20,605 bases of DNA. Origin: Salpingoeca rosetta (Eukaryota > Protista > Choanoflagellata). Numbering within the stretch: position 1 is the stretch's first letter; each line of letters starts with the position of its first letter. The notes beneath the pieces were generated by a model. It worked only from the letters and a program-made list of their open reading frames with translations. It was not told where the DNA came from and did no database searches. Shown one piece after another: positions 1 to 19,377 of the stretch. The position numbers and the translations under genes were made by a program. The DNA is taken from assembly GCA_033442325.1 (NCBI GenBank), contig JAWQFM010000024.1, forward strand, positions 1 to 20,605, written 5' to 3'.

Positions 1-163
1 TTTTGAAAGGAGGATACATTGAGGAGAAGGGTGCGCGCGTGCGTGCGTGTGTGTGTGTGCTGTGTGTGTGCGCGCGTGCGTGTGTGTGTGCGTTCGTGTG
101 CCTCGCATGGGACTTGCTTCCCCCAACACCAACTCACGCCCTCTCCGACATTGCCACCGCCAG

Positions 164-6046
<5,883 letters not shown>

Positions 6047-6071
6047 CTGCCGCGTCGACGCATGTGGTGTG

Positions 6072-6104
<33 letters not shown>

Positions 6105-6162
6105 TGCTGTTCGCGTCAGTACATAGTCAATCTTGGCGAGGAGGATGAACCAAAGATGTGAA

Positions 6163-6182
6163 AGAGAGAGAGAGAGAGAGAG

Positions 6183-6259
<77 letters not shown>
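6163..6259. repeat. Compound (AG)n(TG)n microsatellite downstream of the FAN-like stop codon
   Basis: AG run 6163-6186 directly followed by TG run 6187-6259. Confidence 0.9.
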
Positions 6260-6260
<1 letters not shown>

Positions 6261-6479
6261 GCAAAGCAACGCTGAGGGCAAGCAACAAGAGAGAGGGAGA
6301 CACGCCACGACCTTCGCGCCACGAAGTGGAAGCAACCCAGCTCAGCAGCAAAGGAAAAGAAGAAGTAAACCAAGCCAAGCACAAGAGAAGAGAGAAGAGG
6401 GAAGTGAAGGAGAGACAGCACCACAGCAACCAGCGCAGCACAGCAGCAACACAGCACAGCAGCCCCATATGGGAGAGGG

Positions 6480-6490
6480 AAAAAAAAAAA
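6480..6490 (-). terminator. RNA polymerase III terminator (T11) of the 5S gene
   Basis: A11 on + strand is T11 on - strand, about 6 nt after the 5S 3' end. Confidence 0.75.
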
Positions 6491-6496
6491 GGGAGA

Positions 6497-6616
6497 GAGC
6501 AACATCACCCGTGATTCCCGCCTGGTCACCCACGGCAGTACTGAACGGGCCAAACGGGCTTTAGCTTCCGCGATCGGACGAGAGCGCGGCGTGATCCCGT
6601 TGTTATGAAAGTTGCC
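6497..6616 (-). rRNA. 5S rRNA
   Basis: Reverse complement reads GGCAACTTTCATAACAACGGGATCACGCCGCGCTCTCGTCCGATCGCGGAAGCTAAAGCCCGTTTGGCCCGTTCAGTACTGCCGTGGGTGACCAGGCGGGAATCACGGGTGATGTTGCTC (~120 nt). It has eukaryotic 5S hallmarks (CTCGTCCGATC, GGAAGCTAA box A, AGTACT, TGGGTGACC box C, GGGAA), a terminal helix GGCAAC/GTTGCT and a downstream T-run. Confidence 0.9.
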
Positions 6617-6704
6617 AACAACATATGCAGACATGTAATTTTTCTCGGCAGATCCCGCGAGCCCACGCAAGAAAAGAAGAAAAATCGCGCACACCCCCCA
6701 AAAC

Positions 6705-6804
6705 NNNNNNNNNNNNNNNNNNNNNNNNNNNNNNNNNNNNNNNNNNNNNNNNNNNNNNNNNNNNNNNNNNNNNNNNNNNNNNNNNNNNNNNNNNNNNNNN
6801 NNNN
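6705..6804. other. Assembly gap (100 N); hides the ThrRS 5' end
   Basis: Run of 100 N. Confidence 1.
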
Positions 6805-6862
6805 ATACCTCCTTGCAACCTCACGCACGTTATCTCTCCTTTCCTATGCCTGAACGTCTCAG

Positions 6863-12131
<5,269 letters not shown>

Positions 12132-12587
12132 GGGGTTGGAAGTGACTCGTGTGCACATTGTTGCTTGTAGTTCGAAACACATGTACAATGACTTAATGAC
12201 AGAAGTGTGCAGTGGTAGCGCGAAACCAATGCCGCTGGTAGCTGGGTGCGTGGATGTTTGTTTACTTGGGGGGCATATGATGCAAGAGCTGCCGCGAGGG
12301 TGGACGCTTCCTTCGCATCAGTCCTCGTGCGTACAAGAGAGAGAGAGAGAGTATGTGTGTGGGCGTCTCGACAAAACCAGACGTTACAAGTGGTCAGCAT
12401 GGACAGGTGACGTTAACGCATCACAACACGAAAACCAAACAAACATCAGTCGTGTTTAACAGCGTGTATATGTGATGTCAGCGGGGCGTGCGTCTGGCTT
12501 ACTAAAGTCCTAGGTGCGTGTGTGTGTGATTATGTGTGTGTGTGTGTGCCTGTGCGTATGTGTGCACGTGGTGTCTGCTTTTGCGCA

Positions 12588-12887
12588 TCACTGGTTCTTC
12601 TTCTGCTGCTGCTTGAGTGCTGAGCGGCTGCGGAGCCGGCGAACAACGGCGTTCTCGCCAAACATCATCGCTTGGAACCAAATCAGATTCAGCACAGTGA
12701 CTGTATGTGTGTGTGTGAGTGCGTGTGAGTGAGTGAGTGCGTGTTTGTTCTTGTGTGTGTGTTCTTGTGTGTGTGTGTGTGTGTGACTGCCTGAGCGTGC
12801 ATGCGCATCCAGTTGCAGTGATGACGTACAGCAGGCGGAGATGGAGTAGACGAGCACGGCCATGTGCGACGACACCCCGGCAATGTC
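12588..12887 (-). CDS. Last two exons of a membrane protein, TLC (TRAM/LAG1/CLN8) domain-like; 5'-partial
   Basis: Exons 12887-12830 and 12700-12588, with CAG acceptors and a GTACGT donor, join in frame: DIAGVSSHMAVLVYSISACFTVLNLIWFQAMMFGENAVVRRLRSRSALKQQQKKNQ*. A hydrophobic helix with LNxxWF plus a basic tail is typical of TLC-domain C-termini. Confidence 0.6.
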   Translation of the reverse strand, partial: DIAGVSSHMAVLVYSISACCTSSLQLDAHARSGSHTHTHTQEHTHKNKHALTHSHALTHTHTVTVLNLIWFQAMMFGENAVVRRLRSRSALKQQQKKNQ

Positions 12888-13077
12888 CTGTTGCGATTGG
12901 GAGCGGGGGATGTGTGTGTGTGTGCGTGTGTGTGTGTGTGCGTGGCGTGGTTAGGATAACGGACGCAAGGAACACATACACAGAGGCAGAGGCAGATGCA
13001 GCGGTAGACAGACAGACAGACACACACACAGACACAGACACACAAACACACACACAGACACAGACACAGACACGCAT

Positions 13078-13141
<64 letters not shown>

Positions 13142-13241
13142 NNNNNNNNNNNNNNNNNNNNNNNNNNNNNNNNNNNNNNNNNNNNNNNNNNNNNNNNNNN
13201 NNNNNNNNNNNNNNNNNNNNNNNNNNNNNNNNNNNNNNNNN
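13142..13241. other. Assembly gap (100 N); probable scaffold misjoin
   Basis: Run of 100 N between an open intron and an outward-facing telomere. Confidence 0.95.
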
Positions 13242-13243
13242 CT

Positions 13244-13555
13244 TAACCCTAACCCTAACCCTAACCCTAACCCTAACCCTAACCCTAACCCTAACCCTAA
13301 CCCTAACCCTAACCCTAACCCTAACCCTAACCCTAACCCTAACCCTAACCCTAACCCTAACCCTAACCCTAACCCTAACCCTAACCCTAACCCTAACCCT
13401 AACCCTAACCCTAACCCTAACCCTAACCCTAACCCTAACCCTAACCCTAACCCTAACCCTAACCCTAACCCTAACCCTAACCCTAACCCTAACCCTAACC
13501 CTAACCCTAACCCTAACCCTAACCCTAACCCTAACCCTAACCCTAACCCTAACCC
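13244..13555. repeat. Telomeric repeat (TAACCC)52 = TTAGGG on - strand; chromosome end points left
   Basis: 312 bp of perfect hexamers beginning at the contig edge. The C-rich strand is on +, the orientation of a left chromosome end. Confidence 0.97.
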
Positions 13556-13883
13556 ACATCTAGATCTAGCAGAAAATCTAGATTTAGCAAACCCACATCT
13601 AGATCTAGTAGAAAATCTAGATTTAGCAAACCCACATCTAGATCTAGCAGAAAATCTAGATTTAGCAAACCCACATCTAGATCTAGCAGAAAATCTAGAT
13701 TTAGCAAACCCACATCTAGATCTAGTAGAAAATCTAGATTTAGCAAACCCACATCTAGATCTAGCAAAAGATCTAGATTTAGCAAACCCACATCTAGATC
13801 TAGCAGAAAATCTAGATTTAGCAAACCCACATCTAGATCTAGTAGAAAATCTAGATTTAGCAAACCCACATCTAGATCTAGTA
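13551..13883. repeat. Subtelomeric 39-bp tandem repeat, 8.5 copies (AACCCACATCTAGATCTAGYAGAAAATCTAGATTTAGCA)
   Basis: Units start at 13551, 13590, 13629, 13668, 13707, 13746, 13785, 13824, plus a 21-bp partial at 13863. Each full unit carries the palindrome CTAGATCTAG and (except variant unit 6) AAATCTAGATTT. Confidence 0.95.
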
Positions 13884-13933
13884 AACCCCCACCGTGTACA
13901 ACCCACTGTATTAACCCTTGTACCGGCCCCTTG

Positions 13934-15152
13934 CATAGAAAACTTCCGCCGTTGATCCCGCGCTTGGCTTGAATTTCTTCACGTTGACATTCTGAGCACT
14001 GGGCAGAAATCACATTGCGTCTACACCGTCGCAACAGCCTATCCTCGCAATGCTTTGTTTTAAGTAAACAGTCGGATTCCCCTTGTCCGTACCAGTTCAA
14101 GATCGGTTGCTAAAAAATAGTGTGCGCAGACAGTAAGGGTGCCAATGGAAGCGTGTATGAGAACACACACACCCCCTTTCACCGCCACCCCCCACACACA
14201 CAATCAACCTCTTGAGCCAATCCTTATCGCGAGCTTACGGATCTATTTTGCCGACTTCCCTTACCTACATTCGTCTATCAAACTAGAGGCTCTTCACCTT
14301 GGAGACCTGCTGCGGTTATCAGTACGGCCAACCACGCCCACATGCAGCGGAGAAAATAGATTAGCACAAGTGCTTCTCTTCTTCCCCCCACACTGCTACC
14401 ATTCACACCCTCGGATTTTCATGGACCGCCGGGAACGCGCCGGACACCACAACAAAAAAAGGTCAGTGGTGCTTTGCCGAGCCTCTCACCCCATCTCCAG
14501 CCAAACTGATTCCAGGGTCAGAGAATGCGACGAGGAAGGTTGAAGAGCGCACAGAGTACACTCCTCCCCCTTACTCCCCCCCCACAATGCGGCTCGTTAA
14601 AAAGAAAAGAAAACTCTTTCCAGGGCCCCCGGCAGCGTCTCCGAGTTTGTACGCGTTGCCCGCTGCTCTACCAAAAACATTCTTTTGTGGCCGTGCGTTG
14701 GTCCAGGAATCTTAACCTGGTTCCCTTTCGATGGACTGGGGTAATCAACACGTGTGCAAGCATGGCGATAATATCACCACCACCCACACACACGCAACAA
14801 CTCCCCACTTGACACAGGACTGCCCCATCTCTTAGGACCGACTCACCCGTGGCCAACTGCTGTTCCCACGGAACCTTGCTCCACTTCAGTCTTCAAAGCT
14901 CTCATTTGAATCGTTGCTACTGTCACCAAGATCTGCACTGGAGGCCCCTCCACCCAGGCTCACGCCACAGGCTTCCACGGCTTGTTCAAAAGATTGCTCT
15001 CACGCAAACACCTCCACGCCCACCTACTTGTGTGTGGCTACATGTAGTTTTGAGACGCAACAAGCACGAATGCTCGCTTCGCTCGCTTTCTTCCACACAC
15101 AGCGGAGTATAGGTACGACGCTTGAGCGCCATCCATTTTCAGGGCTAGTTGA

Positions 15153-15186
<34 letters not shown>

Positions 15187-15428
15187 ATTCCGACTTCCAT
15201 GGCCACCGTCCTGCTGTCTATATCAACCAACACCTTTTGTGGGTTCTCATGAGCGTCGATTCCGGCACCCTAACTCCGCGTTCGGTTCATCCCGCATCGC
15301 CAGTTCTGCTTACCAAAAATGGCCCACTTGAGACTCGGTTATTCAGCATTGCCCGCTTCATAAACAAAGAAAGCGCGCCGCCTTACCCATTTAAAGTTTG
15401 AGAATAGGTTGAGGGAAGTGGCTCCCCC

Positions 15429-15459
<31 letters not shown>

Positions 15460-16435
15460 AACTAACCAATCATAGAAAAATAAGTCTCAGCTATCCTGAG
15501 GGAAACTTCGGTGGGAACCAGCTACTAGATGGTTCGATGAGTCTTTCGCCCCTATACCCAAGTTCGACGACAGATTTGCACGTCATGATCGCTACGAGCC
15601 TCCACCAGAGTTTCCTCTGGCTTCGCCCTACTCAGGCATAGTTCACCATCTATCGGGTCCTAACATCTGCGCTAAAACGCAAATCCTTCAGCGGAGAAGG
15701 TGGAAGAATGATTGGCATTGCTGCCGCACACCCTCCCCCCTCCCCCAATCCAGATCGGTCGATGGTGCTGCGAGTGCTGCTGTTAAAAGTGTACTCACGC
15801 ACACTTCCCAACACTGCATCCCACCTCTCACTTTCATTGCGCGCCCTAGCTTCATGCTCGCTAAAACACTCGCGCACATGTTAGACTCCTTGGTCCGTGT
15901 TTCAAGACGGGCCGTTTGCAGCCCTGTCGCCAGCATCTCCCCGGTGGTGTGCGCCAAGCGGCAAGCGCAACATTCCCAACACCGCCCGCACACACTCTGT
16001 CAACAGCAACAAGAGAAAGCACAAGTCTTTCCTCATCCCAAAACAAGAGTCTGCGCAACACAATGCCGAAAACAGCACCCATGCCAAAGACCACATAACA
16101 AAGCCACCGCATCGATAAGTTCCTCAGTCCCGCGTGCGACAGAAACATAAAAAAGCAGATGCGCCACGCACAAGGGCGCCCTCGCATCGCCGTCTCTCAC
16201 ACACAAAACTCATGCTGGCAGACACGCCCCGCGAGTGCAGGCAGCGCAGCACACAACAACAGCAACGCAGCGGCGCACATGTGCAACAAGTACACACAAT
16301 ACACCCCCCGCACCATCATCGCACACCACACCAAAAGCCCTGATCACAAGGCGCGCCCAGTCTCTGCTAGCTGCAAGCGATTCTCTGTCAACGGTTTCAC
16401 GTACTGTTTAACTCTCTTTTCAAAGTGCTTTTCAT

Positions 16436-16469
<34 letters not shown>

Positions 16470-16788
16470 GTGCCAGTATTTAGCCTTGGATGCAGTTTAC
16501 CACCCGGCTTTGGGCTGCATTCCCAAACAACCCGACTCAAGAGAATAAACGGACCACACACCGCACATCAGCGCAAATAATGTAGCACCAACGGGACTCT
16601 CACCCTCTCCGGTGTCCTCTTCCAAGGAAACTCGGTGCTGCGCCAAACAACAATGCACAACAAAAGCTGTGCACCATCACAAAGACATGCGACGGCCCGC
16701 ATCCCATAAAGACTACAACTCGCCACAATATGAAAGAATTGTGGAGATTCCAATGCTTGAGCTCTTCCCGCTTCACTCGCCGTTACTG

Positions 16789-16822
<34 letters not shown>

Positions 16823-16869
16823 GTGATATGCTTAAGTTCAGGGGGTACCCTTGCCTGACTGAGGTCAAC
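13934..16869 (-). rRNA. 28S (LSU) rRNA gene, 3'-truncated at helix 69
   Basis: The 5' end reads TTGACCTCAGTCAGG..TGAACTTAAGCATATC. Conserved cores include GAAAAGCACTTTGAAAAGAGAGTTAAACAGTACGTGAAA, CCCGTCTTGAAACACGGACCAAGGAG, GGTAAGCAGAACTGGCGATG and GTGATTTCTGCCCAGTGCTC. Similarity ends at ..CAAGCGCGGGATCAACGGCGGAAGTTTTCTATG. The peptidyl-transferase and sarcin-ricin domains are absent. Confidence 0.95.
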
Positions 16870-17741
16870 AATGAGGATTGAGTAGAGAGGGAGGGTTTGA
16901 GAGTGAGAGAAGCGAGTGGAGTAAATGGATGGATGCAGTCGCTTGTGCGCATACACTGCAACAAGTGCAGTGTTGTGCACACAAACAGTGCTCCGTCCAT
17001 CACAATTCCAGCTTTCCTCTCTCTCTCAAGGTTCCCTCTCTTCTTCATCAGTGTTTTTGCTCACATGACCAGTGTCACAAAAGCCACATAAAGATGCAAG
17101 CACACAAGTGCACATGCCTCTTCACACACACACACAGGATACACACGCTGCAGAACAACGATGCCAGTTGACACATCGCTCCACAGCTTGGTGTATCCTG
17201 CTGCATATGCAGATACAGCATGCGTGTGCTTGCCGTGGTCTCGCAACAACGGCACCCACACAGCGACACTAAGTGATGGCAACAGTATGAGAATAGAAGC
17301 AGGATGTGTGTGTGCGTGTGAATCACATCAGCAACAACAACACAACGCACAAGGCATCGTATCATCGTGCAATGCAATCCACATGCTCACACACAAACAC
17401 CCACTCCTTCTTCATCACAGTCACCATCATCACCAACATCGCAATGGAGTCGTAAGCTCTCCTCTTCAGAGTCCAGTCTCACACAATACACACACACGGC
17501 AAAAATGTGTGTGTGTACGCATCGACTAACACCCCATGGCCACCAACAATGCACAGTGTGCAATGAGATATGAGTGCATACATGCATGGGCGCTTCTTCA
17601 TACTGCTGCTACACAACAAACAAACACCACACCAACAAAGGTGCGCTGCTGCTGCTGCATAGTTGCAGTAATCAAATACACCCACACACACACTCACACC
17701 ATCATAAGCACGCAAAAATGCATTGTCAATGAGATTGAGTG
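16870..17741 (-). other. ITS2 (~870 bp)
   Basis: Lies between the 5.8S 3' end and the 28S 5' end. Confidence 0.85.
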
Positions 17742-17926
17742 GCGACACTCAGGCAGACATGCCCGCACGCACAGACACGCACACAATGGCGCATGCCCAC
17801 ACACACAGGCGCAATGTGCGTTCGAAGATTCAATGATTCACGGAATTCTGCAATTCACACTACATTTCGCGTCTTGCCACGTTCTTCATCGATGCACGAG
17901 CCAAGAGATCCACCGTTGAAAGTTGT
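17742..17926 (-). rRNA. 5.8S rRNA (elongated, ~185 nt)
   Basis: Minus strand reads ACAACTTTCAACGGTGGATCTCTTGGCTCGTGCATCGATGAAGAACG..GTGAATTGCAGAATTCCGTGAATCATTGAATCTTCGAACGCACATTGCGCC..GGGCATGTCTGCCTGAGTGTCGC. Confidence 0.93.
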
Positions 17927-18601
17927 CTCATGGTTTTTTTTGGTTGTGTTGAATGAGATGTTGAGATTAAAATGAGAGTGGTTGCAGTGTGCATGTGCAT
18001 GTAAATGTGTGTGTAATCCAACGCACAATGTTTGTTGGCACACACACATCACAACACATCACAACGCTCTCACTCTCTCTCTTTCTCTCACTCACTCGTT
18101 TGTGGTTATCATGTATGTACGTATGTCCACAGCACAGCACACACGCCTTTTGGTTCATGCTGCTGCAGCAAGATGCTTTCGCCCACACTATCATGGGTGT
18201 GCAATCGCAGCCGCTGCCACAACAACAATCCAAAACACTCGCTTGCTTGCTGTGTTCATTTCTTCTTCTTCTTTGCACGAGGCAAAAAAAATGTATTCAT
18301 CCACACGCACGCAAGAACACTGCCATCGCAATGCAACACACACAAAATGCGTGCTCCACTGCGACACACACAATGCTCATGCACGCATGCACATGCTTAT
18401 GCTTTGTTTTGTCTTCATTCACACAATGCTCACTCCCACACACACAAAGCGTGTGCGAGAGCGATTTGGTTGGCTCAGTTGGCTCGGATGGCTCGGTTGG
18501 CTCGGTTGGCTCAGTCCAGTGTCTCCACCTTCCCTCACCTTCCCTCACCAAACCCTACACCATCCCTCACCAACCACGCTTTTCAGCGTTTTCCTTGTTG
18601 G
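17927..18601 (-). other. ITS1 (~675 bp)
   Basis: Lies between the 18S 3' end and the 5.8S 5' end. Confidence 0.85.
18468..18575. repeat. Short tandem repeats in ITS1: (RGWTGGCTC)5 and ~4 degenerate CACCTTCCCT units
   Basis: 9-bp units at 18468-18512; 10-bp units from 18526. Confidence 0.8.
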
Positions 18602-18658
<57 letters not shown>

Positions 18659-18751
18659 AATGATCAAGTTTGACCAGGTTCTCAGCAAAAGATGACATGG
18701 GCAGCTGTTGCCAGCGCCCACGCGCCAATCCCGAGGCCTCACTAAACCATT

Positions 18752-18797
<46 letters not shown>

Positions 18798-19330
18798 ATC
18801 AACGCAATCTGTTGAATTGCGCTTACTAGGAATTCCTCGTTCAAGATGAATAATTGCAAGCATCTATCCCCAGCACGACGGGTTTTCACAAGAGTCCCCA
18901 CGCCTTCCAGCGCAGGAATAGATGTCTGTCGTAGAAAAGCGCTTTCACGCTCCCCACCACAAACACCCAAAGCATACTCGCTGCCCCCGTCAGTGTAGCG
19001 CGCGTGCAGCCCAGAACATCTAAGGGCATCACAGACCTGTTATCGCCTCAAACTTCCTTCGGCTTACGCTCAATAGCAACGCCGAGTGTCCCTCTGAGTG
19101 GTGTGTCGCAGAGACACGCTTGCGCGTAATCTCCAACGCCTGCTAACGCAGGCGCACACCAATCAGCAAGTCAAGGTCTCGCCGTTTACCGTAATCAAAC
19201 AGAGATTTCACAACAAAAGCTGGACGGCCATGCACCACCTCCCTTGGAATCAAGAAAGAGCTGTCAATCTGTCAATCCTTCCCATGTCTGGACCTGGTGA
19301 GTTTCCCCGTGTTGAGTCAAATTAAGCCGC

Positions 19331-19377
<47 letters not shown>

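Noticed and set aside
6116-6694. 192-aa minus-strand ORF with a protein-like N-terminal part
   Set aside because: The complex part is the 5S rRNA gene; the rest is low-complexity repeat.
13551-13883. Palindromic repeats as a CRISPR array
   Set aside because: Units are head-to-tail with no unique spacers; there are no cas genes and the context is eukaryotic subtelomere.
12689-14100. Long minus-strand ORFs (LGLG, VRVR, LLDLDVGLLNLDF, SRCGFAKSRF repeats)
   Set aside because: Artefacts of 6-bp and 39-bp repeat periods divisible by three, partly read through N gaps and rDNA.
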